Part shown: positions 32,347-44,675 of the stretch, one piece after another
Layout: each line of letters starts with the position of its first letter
Position numbering within the stretch: position 1 is the stretch's first letter
Origin: Diplonema japonicum
Lineage: Eukaryota > Protista > Euglenozoa: Diplonemea
Length of the DNA stretch: 64,000 nt
Assembly (NCBI GenBank): GCA_964019335.1
Contig: OZ025663.1
Location: forward strand, 62,001 to 126,000
Direction: 5' to 3'
Notes under the pieces: generated by a model
What the model saw: the letters and a program-made list of their open reading frames with translations, nothing else
Told to the model about the DNA's origin: nothing
The model's database searches: none
Position numbers and translations under genes: made by a program

Positions 32347-34599
32347 ATGTCAGGGAAGCATGACCTCTCGGGAGAAACGGATGGTGATGACAGTGATCTC
32401 AGCGAGGGCTTAGCTGGGATAGGCGTGCGGCAAGAAGACACAGATAGCGAAGAAGAAGACGAAGACGAAGAAGAAGATGAAGAAGAAGAAGAAGAATCGC
32501 ACCTTGGGGAAACACAGCCTGTCGTTGATGTGAGTGAAATAACGCCTCCAGCCAGCGAGCCTGAGACAAACCCCCGCAGCAGGAGCGGGTCGTGGGACCC
32601 TGACAGGCCCGATCCCTTCACCACTGCACGCCCTTCTGGAACGGTGTCCCCTGTCAAACCGTGCCGAAGGGTGTCCTTGAGGACCTCATCTCTGACAGCG
32701 TCCGAAAGTACCACCTCACCCATCTTGCGGCAAGTGGACATCGCGGTCCCTGCCCCCTCGAGCACTCCCTTGCTCCCGCTGTCCAGAGACGAGGAGGATG
32801 ATGAGCTCGAAATATGGAAATCTCAATCCGCCGAGCTCAGCAACCTTCATGAAGCCCTCGTCGTGCAGCAAGGCGTCAAGCCCCACACCAAGGAAAGCAT
32901 CGACCTCCTGCGCCCCATCATCCACTACCTGCAAGTCAAGGGCAAGACAGACCTTGTCGGAACCATCCGTAGCGAGGCCCTCCACCACAACATGCCCCTC
33001 CACCTGAACCCCAACGTTGTTATTGCGGGCATGGAAAAGGCAAGCGTCGAAGGCACAGAACTCAATCAGATGTACCGTAGTGCGCTGTACTACCTGCCGC
33101 CGCTCAGCAACGTGTGGCACACTGCCAAGCCGTGGCCTACAAAAAATTACCGCAAGAGCATTATCCCACTGAAGTGCCCCGCGCAGTACGCAGACGACCC
33201 CAAGCACGCCAGCTACTACACATTGCACAACCTCATCGACCACTTGTTCCTCGACGAGAGCAACGCCAACGACGTCCCTTTCAAGGTCCCGGTGCGCACT
33301 AACTTTACAAACGCCTTCTTCTACACGCACCTGCAGTTCGTCGGCACTGACGCACTCGTCACGCTTATCGGACGCTTCTACCTCGACATCCCCGATGCCT
33401 TCCTATATCCTGAGAAGTGCATTGCAACACGTGTTCGTGTTTTGAAAGTTCTGACGTACTGGATACGGCAGGCGGTGGTTGACTTCACTGATCGCTTGCT
33501 GCACAAGTGTCGTGGTTTTGCCTCACTCGCGCTTACGAAAGTAAGTGGAGGGTCCTCAGAGGTAGCCAATGCTGCTGGGGAATTGCTGTTTGTGATTGAG
33601 AAATGCCTTGCGATGGGCACTCCCAGGATAGCTCCCACCTTGAAAGAACCGAAGGCTGAGCACGAGCAGCCGGAGCCCAAGACGGACGGTCTCAGCCCTG
33701 GTGCCGTGCTGTCCAGCATCAGCGAGTTGGACGATGAAGAGGTCGCTAGGCAGCTCTGCTTGTTGTGCTATGAAGACTTTTGCAGGATAAGTATCAGGGA
33801 ATGGTGGAACTTATCGTGGATCAGCGGGAATGAGCTGTGGTCGGTAAGCTACAACTTGCGGTTTTCGTTCGACCGAGTGGATGCCCTGGTGGAGTGGGTG
33901 AAATCCCTGATCATCGCGCAGCCGACGAAGGCACAGCGGATGGCGCAGCTGCGGCAGTTCCTCCGCATTGCATACTTTTGCTTGAAGCACAATTGCCTGC
34001 TTGCAGCACAAGCGATGTTCGCAGGTGTCGACTCGACGAACGTGAAGCGCATCACAGGAGCTGCGAAGGCATTCAGTAGCGAGCCTTCAAACGGGTTGGT
34101 CAGTGAAGAGGAGATGAAAGAGCTGCTGGATGACATCTGCAATCCGTGGAGCCAGACTCACAGGGGGGTTGTCAGCGAATGTGCGCAGGCGGGTGTCCCA
34201 TGCATCCCCATCCTGGGAAAAACCTCCACCAGCTTCTACACTGCCGCCTCTATCTTTAGCGGCACAGTCGAGCCTGTGATTTGCGGTGGTGAGCAGATCG
34301 AAATCGTGAATTGGCCAAGAATGACTGCCATGGCTGCACTGGCTCTCCCTATCGTCGCGCTCCAATCGTGCCCCTTCAACTTCCGCTCCCTGCCACAGAT
34401 CCAGAAACTTTTCAGGGAGCTCCCCGGTAAAATACCCGAAGCTGTGCTCGACGCAGAAACCCGCAACTTGGAGGTGCAGGAACCCCCACCGGTTAGCCCA
34501 CCCCTTGTGATGCGGGAGGCACATGAAGAACACGAAATATTCACTGTCATGCCACCGAAGAAGAAATCCTTCTGGAAGAGACTTCTGTCGAAAAAATGA
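32347..34599 (+). CDS. RasGEF (REM + CDC25-like) domain protein
   Basis: FFYTHLQF, RVLKVLTYWI..DF (REM); EVARQLCLL..EDFCRI, WVKSLII, CLKHNCL, PCIPILG, IVNWPRM (CDC25-like); acidic N-terminus. Confidence 0.85.
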   Translation: MSGKHDLSGETDGDDSDLSEGLAGIGVRQEDTDSEEEDEDEEEDEEEEEESHLGETQPVVDVSEITPPASEPETNPRSRSGSWDPDRPDPFTTARPSGTVSPVKPCRRVSLRTSSLTASESTTSPILRQVDIAVPAPSSTPLLPLSRDEEDDELEIWKSQSAELSNLHEALVVQQGVKPHTKESIDLLRPIIHYLQVKGKTDLVGTIRSEALHHNMPLHLNPNVVIAGMEKASVEGTELNQMYRSALYYLPPLSNVWHTAKPWPTKNYRKSIIPLKCPAQYADDPKHASYYTLHNLIDHLFLDESNANDVPFKVPVRTNFTNAFFYTHLQFVGTDALVTLIGRFYLDIPDAFLYPEKCIATRVRVLKVLTYWIRQAVVDFTDRLLHKCRGFASLALTKVSGGSSEVANAAGELLFVIEKCLAMGTPRIAPTLKEPKAEHEQPEPKTDGLSPGAVLSSISELDDEEVARQLCLLCYEDFCRISIREWWNLSWISGNELWSVSYNLRFSFDRVDALVEWVKSLIIAQPTKAQRMAQLRQFLRIAYFCLKHNCLLAAQAMFAGVDSTNVKRITGAAKAFSSEPSNGLVSEEEMKELLDDICNPWSQTHRGVVSECAQAGVPCIPILGKTSTSFYTAASIFSGTVEPVICGGEQIEIVNWPRMTAMAALALPIVALQSCPFNFRSLPQIQKLFRELPGKIPEAVLDAETRNLEVQEPPPVSPPLVMREAHEEHEIFTVMPPKKKSFWKRLLSKK

Positions 34600-34728
34600 A
34601 GAAAAAGAAGAAAGAAAATGGGGGGGGGGGGGTTACATAAGCGCTGCTAATCCGCGCCACTAGATTGTATGAACAGCAATATTTTTGCCTTTCTGTAGAT
34701 TACGTGTCACTAAGGCAAAAGAGGGGGT

Positions 34729-36189
34729 ATGTCATATGTGGTCAAACGAGCGTTGTCGTCCCAGAGAAGGACAATGGGGTGGTGGAACAGGAAAGTAGCG
34801 CCACCGAAGAAGATGAACGAATTGAAAGTTGCAGTGAAAGAGTTAGAGAGGGAAGAGGTACAGTCAGAACAAGTAGTGAGTGAGCCGCCAGCAGTGCATG
34901 GTACGAGTGATGTCGCACAAGCGGGTACTCAAGCAAAGGGGGTTTCGGGGGTGGAGAGGGAAGCGATGTTTGCACCAGAGCCAGAGTCGAGGGACGATCT
35001 AGAGCTGCACTCCATTGAGAAAGCGGAGCCAAGGAAGTTCAGAATGCACATTGAGCACCCAGAAGACCCCGTCATCACCTTCATTAAGCAAGGAAGGGAG
35101 CTCCTCGAAGGCATCGACGATGGCGGTAGAGTGGCCACCATCGGCAAGACAGGCGTGGAAGGCGTCTGGTGCATCCAGTTCGAGAACACTAGAGAAGGCA
35201 ACAGTATCACGGGTGAGATGATGCTGCAGCTAGAAGAAGCGGTGCGCATGGTGAACAGGGCCATCAAGACGAACCACGAGATCACAGCGCTGGTTATCAG
35301 GGGAAGCGGGCTGAACTTTAGTTACGGGACGAGTTCCAGTATCACAGAAGAGATGCGGACGAAGGAAGAGGCTCTCATCTTATCACGGTACATGTCTAGC
35401 ATTCTGTTGGAGTTGCAGTCTCTGCCGATAGTTACAATCGCGGCGTTGGAAGGCGTCACTGCGGGGTGTGCCTCCGAGGTGGCGCTGGCATGCGACTTCC
35501 GCATCAGCGCCGACGACGCGATGTTGCAGTTCAACGACACCATCAACGGGCTGACCCCGGGCTACGGGGGGTCGCAGAGACTGGCCGAGATATCGACCCC
35601 AAGGACGGCGCTGCTGTTGACGGCCTCTGGGAAACCAGTGACCCCCCAAGAGGCAATGGAGCTGGGGATCGTGGACTGCATCACAAAGCCTGGCGACGCG
35701 TACAACGAGGCCATCAACTTTGTGGAGTCCAACCTGCACGACCACAGCGGGCTGGGTGGGCAGTTTGGGGAACTTACGTGGAGACGGCACGCAATCAGGA
35801 GGATGAAAGACAATGTGGTGGCCGCCTCGATGTACGGCAACCACATGTCAGTCTCAGAGACAGAGGCAAGGAACTTCCAAGCGATGTGGGCAGCCAACGC
35901 AAAGGTGATGGTCGAGAGACGGGCACAAGCTTCTGGACTGCGTGCGGCAGGCATCAAGACAGCCCTTGAGGACTGGGCCACACTGACCGACCCCTTTGCA
36001 ATGTCCCTCCCTCTCGACGAAGACGTCGGCAAAGGCCTTACCCCCTCAGCCAATCTCACTCTCATCGGCCGTGCGTCCAACAGCGTAGAACACGCCTTTA
36101 CCTCACTTCTCGAGCGCAAAGCTAATCAACCTCTCTTGAACTCACCCCAGTCTGAATTATTTGTGAAACACAAATATGTTTCCAAGTGA
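34729..36189 (+). CDS. Enoyl-CoA hydratase/isomerase (crotonase) family, ECHDC1-like, probable mitochondrial presequence
   Basis: NSITGEMMLQL, TIAALEGVTAGCASEVALACDFRI, GLTPGYGGSQRL, EAMELGIVD; basic N-terminus MSYVVKRALSSQRR. Confidence 0.85.
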   Translation: MSYVVKRALSSQRRTMGWWNRKVAPPKKMNELKVAVKELEREEVQSEQVVSEPPAVHGTSDVAQAGTQAKGVSGVEREAMFAPEPESRDDLELHSIEKAEPRKFRMHIEHPEDPVITFIKQGRELLEGIDDGGRVATIGKTGVEGVWCIQFENTREGNSITGEMMLQLEEAVRMVNRAIKTNHEITALVIRGSGLNFSYGTSSSITEEMRTKEEALILSRYMSSILLELQSLPIVTIAALEGVTAGCASEVALACDFRISADDAMLQFNDTINGLTPGYGGSQRLAEISTPRTALLLTASGKPVTPQEAMELGIVDCITKPGDAYNEAINFVESNLHDHSGLGGQFGELTWRRHAIRRMKDNVVAASMYGNHMSVSETEARNFQAMWAANAKVMVERRAQASGLRAAGIKTALEDWATLTDPFAMSLPLDEDVGKGLTPSANLTLIGRASNSVEHAFTSLLERKANQPLLNSPQSELFVKHKYVSK

Positions 36190-36245
36190 TCTGCAGTGTC
36201 ATATGCCGTGTCCATGTCTTTCCCACTGCACACAGAATACACAAA

Positions 36246-39116
36246 ATGACACCAAAGCGAAAAAAGAAACCTACGCCCATCGACAGTCCAAGATCGACGC
36301 CCTCGCCGGCCCTAGACGGCGTCAGCAGGACAGAGTCGGTAATGGTGGTCACACCGCCCCCGCAGCTCTTGAAGCCGGGTTCGACGCCACGCCAGTGTGT
36401 TGATGTGCATGCCGAGAACAGACTGAAGGAAGGATTGCTGAAGGTGCGGGGGAAGGAGACAGTGAAGGTAATGGTAAGAGTGCGGCCATTTATGCCGCAT
36501 GAGATAGCTAAGTCGAGGGACAAGGGTTTCTCACTTGAGCCCACTGTGGCGGTCACAGAGAAGGAGTGCTCTGTAGTAGACGATAATGGTGTTGTTAAAG
36601 ACAAATATAAGTTCGACAGGTGCTTCTGGAGCATGCCTGCCGAGCAGGCTTCAGGTCCGCATGTTGCTGGTCAGGCAGACGTCTTCGAGGTGATGGGCAA
36701 GCCCTCTGTCAAGCATGCTTTCTACGGATACAATGCGTGCATCTTTGCATACGGGCAGACTGGAAGTGGCAAGACGCACTCCATGCTGGGGACGGATGCA
36801 GACCCTGGGCTGGCACCACGTATCGTGCGCAAAATCTACGACACCATCGAAGGCATCCAGCAGGACGGTGAGAAGACGCGTTTTGAGCTCCGCATATGCT
36901 TCATGGAAATCTACAACGAAAAAGTGATGGACTTGCTGGTCGACGGCACGCCGAAGAAGAAAGGCGTCAAGTCCCCGCGAGGCGATAAGTACAGAGAGTG
37001 CAAGGTGCGGTACTCTCCAGACAAAGGGACTTATGTCGAAGGGATTAACAGAATACTTGTTACATCTGCTGCAGAGTGTCTGAAACTGATGCACGGGGGG
37101 ATGGCTTATCGTGCGACAGCTGCACACGCCATGAACGACCAGAGCAGTCGGTCGCACGCTATTTTTCAAATCTGTCTCAAGCAGACGACCGTGCTAGGCA
37201 CCACACTAGTCAGTCTAGTCAACATCGTCGACCTTGCGGGGTCTGAGCGTGTGAAGATGACGAAGGCGACAGGCACCGTGCTCGACGAGGCGAAGAACAT
37301 CAACCTGTCGCTGACGACACTGCGCAGGGTCATCGACGTACTTCTTTCGAATGCGAAGAAGCGTACGAAGGACATCCCTCCTTACCGTGAGTCCATGCTG
37401 ACGTGGGTGCTGAAGGACTCGCTCGGCGGCAACTCAAAAACCATGATGATCGCGGCAGTGAGCCCGCACAGGAGCAACATCGACGACACGTTGAACACAT
37501 TGCGGTACGCGCTCAAGGCAAAAGCTATCTTGCTGCATGCTCAAGTGAATGAAGAGAAAACGGCCACCATGCTAAAGAGTATGAAAGCAGAGATCGAGGC
37601 TTTACAAAGGCAGATCCGCAGCGGCAGCGGCGGCGGTGAAGTGTCAGAAGCAGCGCTCGAGAGCCACAAAAGAGAATTCGAAGAAGCTTTGCAACAAGCA
37701 GAATCCGCAGCTGAGCAGGCGAAACAAGAAGCAGCAGAGGACCACGCCTACATGGAGACGCAAGTAAAGGATGAGAAGCGGAAGAACTTCGCAGCTGCTT
37801 TCCGTAACGCGTTTGCGATCTCGCGAAGGAAGGACGAGACAGCAGCGCTTATCAGTAGCTTGAAGGAAGAACTGCACCGCGAGAGGGAAGCAAGGAGACA
37901 GGCGGAGGAATCAAAGCGGAAGGCAGAAGAAGCTCTGGAGCAACAGGAAGAGAAGTACAGAGACAACACACGGGACAAAAAGATAAAGATACAAGTGCAG
38001 CAGCAGACCATCAACGATGCAAAGGTGTACACACAGGAGCTGCGCGTCAGCGGGCACAAGCTGGAGATGAAGAACGATGAACTGGCGACAGAAGCAAGGC
38101 ACCTACGTGAGGCCTTAAAGACAGAGCGTGAGAACACAAAGCACGCACAGGCTACCGTGAAAAGCTTACAAGTGTCTGTTGCTGGCTTGCACGACAAGAA
38201 CAGCAATGAGATGCTCGAACTGCAAGACGCCAGGAACGCGATCGAAATGCTGCACAACAAGCTCAAGAGTGCGGAAAGCAGAATACGCAACCAAGAACAG
38301 CAGAACAGAGAACTGAGCAAGTCCGCCACCACCCATCACGACGACAAGCTACAAGCGGAGAAATCCCTGCAGCTCACCATCGAAAGGCTTATGGAAAAGA
38401 ATGGTGAACTTGAGCAGCAGTTGCAAGCGAAGCAGAGCATGATATCCTCCTTAAAGGTAAGCGTGCAACACGAACACACACCACACAGCGCAACATCCAC
38501 GACCTGAAGGATGACTACTGTTACCTGAGCAGCGAGAAGCGTTTGAAGGACGATGCATTCGTGTCTTTGAAAGCAACAGAGAGGGAGGTACAGAAGACCA
38601 TGGTATGCACGGCAGTGATTTAAAAGATACAACAAACAGGTCTTCCAAGCTACGGATTTACAAGAGATAGAAGACGAGAACTTGCGCCTAAGAGAGGCTT
38701 TAGATCGACACGACCACCTCTCGACAAGGAGTAGAAGCCCTTCCGTCAGCATGCCGCGTGGCTACGGGGCGGAGGTACGATGTGAGAGCGCTGCCAGACA
38801 TGTGGGCACGCCTCCTGATGACGCGATGTATTTAGACTTCAAGGATTACATGGCTTCATCTTTCTTCCCTTCAGGAAGGCAACGTGCAGGGTCGGTGACC
38901 AGCCCTTCTCTCCCCTCCCCAGGTTGCCATCAGTGGACTGATAAAGGGGGTATCTATTATGGTCCCTCTCCAGGCACACCACAAAGATCCCCCCATCACA
39001 CGCCTACCCGAACCCCCACCCGGACCCCATCCCCATCACCCCTGCGTAGCGGGTCTCGCCGACGCAGGCCATCCTCCAACTTGTATTGTAAAAACGACAA
39101 ACCGGCTTTTAGATAG
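36246..39116 (+). CDS. Kinesin (kinesin-3-like motor) with coiled-coil stalk, 3 exons
   Basis: FDRCFWS, FAYGQTGSGKT, NDQSSRSHAIF, VDLAGSER, PYRESMLTWVLKDSLGGNSKT. Introns 38457-38488 (32 nt) and 38603-38639 (37 nt) join it to ORF 38682-39116. Confidence 0.92.
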
Positions 39117-39188
39117 TGAGTTTCTTTTGTTTTTTCCCCTTCGCCAACACCCCCAGACTGGCAGCACCAACAGGCTGACAACATCAAC

Positions 39189-40429
39189 ATGAAACATGTG
39201 TTTGTCATGCTGACGCTGGCAGCTCTTGTTCAAGGGTGGCTGCCCCATGGTCCGTGGCAGAAGCCTAGTGGCAAGTGCACAAATGACTACCAGCAGCGAC
39301 TGGCTTTGAACCAGAACTTGTACAAGCAGGGATGCAGGAAGACAGTCCCGATGGACCTGGTGGAGGAGAATACTCTAACAGCAGATCATTGTGTGCAGTG
39401 GTGTTTCAACTACTACTTCGGTGCTGACCCCGTGGCCCCCATGCCGCCCAAGACCCCCCTCCTCAACATCACCACCTTGTGGAACGTGACGAGCCGCGAC
39501 TGCTACTGCTCGGAGGAGGTGATCCCAGCCACGTCTACAGAGGACGAGGTATGCCTTGTAGTGTAGTGTAGGACGACACGACAGTGCCCGATTATCGTGA
39601 CGTTGCTACCGACAGGGTGCTTGTTTCTGAAGCAGACGCCATGCTCCGCAGCGCCTGCCGACGGGTGGTATGCACACACGGCAACAATAACAACAAATAA
39701 ATAAAAAAATCACAGCATATGGACGCTGGACAATTGCTGCGTGGACGCGGCAGGGTTCGACTGGCCGGGTTTCAGGAACCTGGTGCCGTGGTGGGCGTGG
39801 GGTGTGGGGGCTATGCTTCTGCTCCTGTCGAGCTTGTTGGGGTTGATCGTGAGGGCGAGGAACAGGTTCGGGTACGCAGCCGTGAGCGGACAGGTAGAGG
39901 AGATAGACCAAGAGAGCATTGCAAGGCTGAAGGAGGAGTACGAAGAGCTGCTGAACGACCTGGCCGAGGAAGACAAGCGATTCTTAGAGAGAGAGAAGAT
40001 AAAGAAGCAAAAGAAGGGTGAATGTGGGGGGTGTGAAGGGGGGTGCGAGGAGGAGGATGAAGATGCCGCACTGATCCAGAACCCTGTCATCAACAGCACG
40101 CCTCCCTCCCCTCCGTCTCCAATGACCTCGGAACAGGCGGAGATCGCTGCGGCTGATGATGACTTCCTGTCGTCATTCAACAGCGACGCTCAAGGAGGGA
40201 CCTGCCCTGTGTGTTTGGAGGACCTTGTGAGCGAACCTTGCGTGAGATTGAAATGTGGACACCGGCTGCGACTGGCCTGCATGCAGGACTACGTAGATCA
40301 TTCAGTATGGGAAAAAGTGGTTTAAAGAAAGAACACCAAACACAGGTGACCCGTGGGAAAATACCAGCCTGTCCTATATGTCGTGCAAAAGTTCTTACAC
40401 CCTCTAGAGAGGAGGGAATTGACATATGA
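39189..40429 (+). CDS. Signal peptide + WSC-like Cys-rich domain + TM + RING-like finger, 4 exons
   Basis: Introns 39549-39584 (36 nt), 39668-39715 (48 nt) and 40305-40345 (41 nt) join three ORF fragments plus a short exon. The RING CPVC..CGH..C..CPICR is complete only after splicing. Confidence 0.8.
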
Positions 40430-42010
40430 TTTTTCTGGGTGATCGCTCTAACATCTCCTCTTTCCTACCCCTTTATTAGACTGGATTATTTAAAAAAAAA
40501 TTTTTTTTTTCTCTCTCTTTCTTGGTGCTGAAAAAAAAAAAAAAAAAAAAAAATCTTTTGTTTTTTTTTTTCTCTCTTTCTCTGTTCGTTATTATTGTCT
40601 TCTCTGCGCTGCAGTTGGAAGAGTAAATGAAAAAAAAAAAGGGTGGTAACAAAGCAACAGCACATGCCTTTAAAACGGGCATCTTCGATCTGGGTATCTA
40701 GCCTCATGCCCCCCCCCCCCCCCCCCCCCCCTCCCCTTTTTTTCTTCTTTCCCCTTATTCTCTTTTATTCTTCTCTCTTTTATTTTCTCTTTGATGAACA
40801 GAAATACTTGTTGTAGTATCGAGAACAAAACTATAAAAAAAACAAAAAATTGTTGGCATGTGCCATGCGTTTTTTTTGGGGGGGGTTAATTCGCTAAGGG
40901 AGTATTTTCTTTTTTGGAGGCTGCCCTCAGGTGAGATTGGTTTTTTTTTTTCTCTTTTTTTTTTCCTCACGCAAAGTAAATTCTAACCGCAAACATCCAC
41001 TCTACAAGGCCCTGAATGGAAAGTCCATTCTTACATTCTTACCCCCAATGAGGGCATTGAAGCCTGTCTAGGTTATGTGAAGCAACACCCCCCCCCTTTT
41101 TTTATTTGTCCTGTTTTCTGATATTGCAATTTTATCAAACAATATGAATACCGTCAGCGGTGTAATGTCCAAAAGGGAAAAAAAAAAAAAAAATGAACAA
41201 ACGAAAAAATAAAATAAAAATAAAAATAAAAAAATCGTCTTTACAGTAAAAGTACAGGCAAGTACAACTGATTGTGACGGAGCTAAGGAGAAAGAAATGT
41301 TTCTATGTTTAATACAAGACAGAGTAAGTACCCCCCCCCCCCCCCCCCCTTCTATCTGTTCCTTTCTGTGTTCATTTCACCTTTGTTTCATGCACAATAC
41401 ACGTTTGGTAAGCAACGAAGAAGTTCAGGAGGGGAAGAAGGAAAGGAAAAAAAAAGAGAAACCAAAAAAAAAAAAAAAATAACACACATATAGTGCGTGT
41501 TAATGTGTTACATAAACCAGGGAGGGGAGATGGGGGGAGGGAGAGGAAAAATAAAGGGACAGTGCTTCTTTTCGTTTATCTTTCGCCCCCCCCTTTTTTT
41601 TTTTTTTGCCGCCGTCCCCCCCTTCCTTGTTAGTTTCTTTTTCTTTGTGGTGGACCGTTGCTGTCACTCCCCGTTACGTAAACTTTCTTTTTCGATAAGT
41701 ATCTGATAATTAGTATCCCCCTCCCTTCTTTTTTTTTTTTTTTTCCTCCTTCTTTTTATTTCGATATTTTTTTAATGGCCTCGAGATCGCGCACAGTTGG
41801 TCAGACAAACTTTACTGCGAAATATACAATTTTGAAGCTCTTATGTCAACTAAAGCCAATTGTTGACTGTTTTTCGGCGGGGGGGGGGGGGGGGGGGGGT
41901 GCCTTGTTTCCCTTCAACCCTTGTCTCAGTGCCCAGGTCTCTTACCCCGTGATCCTAACCTTTGGAGGGAAAAAAAAAAAGAACAAAAAAACATGGAATT
42001 TACGTACATA

Positions 42011-42618
42011 ATGACTGCATTTTGGTTTGCGGCATTCGCCTGCCTCGTCGTCTTTCTGGTGAGAGAGATAAAACTGATTAACAAGGCTGCTGGGTTGAAG
42101 GACTTGAAACCACCCACTTCCATAAGAGAAGACAAAGGCGAAGACATTGTAATTGGACAGCCCGCCGAGCTGGTGAGAAGGACGTACGTTCGAGGAACTG
42201 ATGAATGAGTCCTCTAGCCGAATATTTAATAGAACTGTTTCTCTCTTTTTTTTTTTTTTTTTTGTGCTTTTTCTTCTATTCTTATCACTTTTTCCCTACA
42301 GGGGTTGGGAATGTTCGATGACGTACTCTCCCAACTAGGGGCGGGTGTGGGGCCCCTCCCGCACCTCGAGTATTCTGGGAAGGGTTACGGTGTGACAGGG
42401 ATCAAATTCAAAAGTGGGAAACAAGGCCACTGTTGCTCTACATTTACACATAATAGCATCCACCATGTAGCCGGGTCCAAGTCGTGGATCCCTAGGATGG
42501 GCCCTGTATGTGACAGGGAAGGGGAAACACACACACACACACACCACCACTACAGGCAAACGACTCCATCGCCCTGGGGCTTCCCAACCAGGCAGTCACG
42601 CTGAACTCGGCCTTGTAA
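42011..42618 (+). CDS. Small N-terminally anchored membrane protein, 3-4 exons
   Basis: Hydrophobic start MTAFWFAAFACLVVFLV. Introns 42173-42301 (129 nt) and 42506-42555 (50 nt) keep frame; 42414-42470 (57 nt, in frame) is a possible extra intron. Confidence 0.55.
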
Positions 42619-42748
42619 ACCATAACCCCCTTCTTATTCCAAAGGAGTCTTTTGTTTTCTTCTTCTTCCTTCTTATAATAATTATACCAATACACTGTCT
42701 GCGTTGGCCCTTTTGTATACCGTGGAAAGCCCCAACAGGTGTGATGTG

Positions 42749-43942
42749 ATGAGGCGGTGCAGGGCACTATGGGGGAGGGGTTTCCTGCGGGATGTGGCTG
42801 AGGAGCTGCTCGGCATCAACACGTCAGAACAAAACCAGCAGTCAACAGGAGTGAAGAAGATACCCCCACCGCCACCGAAGGTGTCGCGTGAGGCTATTCT
42901 AAAAGTCGATGAGGTGGATAAGCGGCTGGTGGCGCTGGGCGTGTTCAGACGGGGGCACACCTTACGCGACAGTGACGACGTTATCAAAGAAATCGCAACA
43001 GCACTGCGGAGGCAGGGCTACGCTTTGTCGGAGCTCAGCCCAGAGGTGTGGGGCACAGTCGTGCAGCGGGCGTACGACACGCATGTCGGCAGTGCCCTCC
43101 CGCTGATTGAGGTGCTGCACTCGAAAGACATCTTCCTTCCGAAGAACACGTACCTCACCATCATGCGCAACTTCGCGAAGCTGAAACAGGTTAACAAAGT
43201 ACTGAACGTCATTGAACTGCTGCTTGCTGCAGGCCACCCTGCATGCTCGAAGACACTTGAGGTACTGGTGAAGGCGTATAACGCAAAGAACAACTTCAGA
43301 GCGGGTTTAGAGGTGTTCCTGGAATACTGGCGTGCGGGGGTCCAGCCCTGTGCCGATGCCTTCAGCGAGCTAATCCGTGGATCGGGGTGTCTGCAGAGGG
43401 GCCTTGCCATCGCGTCGTGCATGCTGCAGTGCGGTGTGCCGCCCAATGAACACACGTACGTTGCTTTGATGCGATGCTGTGCAGTGCGGCACTTGCAGGT
43501 CTCTGCAGATGTTATCATGAAACACAGCAAAGTGTCCGGGCACGACCACTCGCAAGGCATGTGGCTGCAGTATATGTCTGCCTACAAAATGGTGCCTGAT
43601 GCCCTGCCGGCTATCTTGCAGCGCATGCAGCACAAGGGCGTCCCCCTAGCAACCCCCCACGTCTTCCTGTACATCGCATACATGGCACAGTACGCCACTG
43701 TCGCAGGCAATGCTGCAGTGCTGCACGCTGAGCGCCTGTTCCAGCAAGCCTTGGCCCTCCCACTGCACCGCCCGGAGCAGATGTACTCTGAGATGCTAGC
43801 TGTGTATATCAAGTCGCAGGATCATAAGAACGTGGTGAAGCTCGTGAACTTTGTAAAACGAACCTGCACCAGGCCACCGGGACAGTTCAGCAAGAGACTT
43901 CGGAAGTATAACAAAATACACGACAAATCCGTGAGTTTGTAG
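42749..43942 (+). CDS. Pentatricopeptide repeat (PPR) protein, probably mitochondrial
   Basis: ~35-aa helical repeats (TYLTIMRNFAK, GVQPCADAFSELI, GVPPNEHTYVALMRCC); Arg-rich N-terminus. Confidence 0.85.
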   Translation: MRRCRALWGRGFLRDVAEELLGINTSEQNQQSTGVKKIPPPPPKVSREAILKVDEVDKRLVALGVFRRGHTLRDSDDVIKEIATALRRQGYALSELSPEVWGTVVQRAYDTHVGSALPLIEVLHSKDIFLPKNTYLTIMRNFAKLKQVNKVLNVIELLLAAGHPACSKTLEVLVKAYNAKNNFRAGLEVFLEYWRAGVQPCADAFSELIRGSGCLQRGLAIASCMLQCGVPPNEHTYVALMRCCAVRHLQVSADVIMKHSKVSGHDHSQGMWLQYMSAYKMVPDALPAILQRMQHKGVPLATPHVFLYIAYMAQYATVAGNAAVLHAERLFQQALALPLHRPEQMYSEMLAVYIKSQDHKNVVKLVNFVKRTCTRPPGQFSKRLRKYNKIHDKSVSL

Positions 43943-44108
43943 ACTCCATTGTTTTTATAATAACTGAACTGAAATAAACTTTTTGGAAATTTAAAAGCAA
44001 ACCGACACCACAGGGAGGAGGGAGGGAGGAAGGGAGGGGGGTTTTTTTTTCTTTCCTCCCCCCCCCCTTTTTTGTTCTCTTTTTTTTTCACAAAAAAAAA
44101 AATAAGAA

Positions 44109-44675
44109 ATGAAGACAGACGAGGAGCTGCAAGATGAGGGTGTGGGAGAGCTGGCAGAGGAGGACATGGACGATTTTGATATGGATGTGAGTGACGTGAA
44201 AGGAAGCGATAATTTCCAAGGGATAGTGGATCAGACGAGCGCGAAATGGCAGGAGAGCGAAATTAAGGCGAAGGAGCAGCTCTTTAAAGAGAGAGAAGAG
44301 AGCAACGAAGTCCGACAGCAACAACTACAAGCCGAAGCGAATAAGGCACACGCGCAGCAACGGGCAAGCCACAAAGCACAGCTCAACGAGTACCTGCTGA
44401 ACAGCAGTTATTACAATCTAACACAGCCCCATGACTCAGAGAAACCGGTCAATGCTAAACCACAGAAGGCATTGCCCCGCATACCCGACTACTACCCAAG
44501 CAAGCCGTTACCTGGGCTGCTGAATGCAAAGCAGTTTAAAGATGTTGAGACGGATGTGCTGTTCTTTGCCTTTTACTACCAACAAGACACATATAACCAA
44601 TATCTTGCTGCAAGAGAGCTGAAAATGCGATCGTGGAGGTATACGCAAAAGGGGTTTTTTTTTTTTTTTTTTCCG

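Noticed and set aside
42190-42240. CTGATGA in the 129-nt intron as a box C snoRNA or hammerhead core
   Set aside because: No downstream CTGA box D, and no GAAA core with supporting stems.
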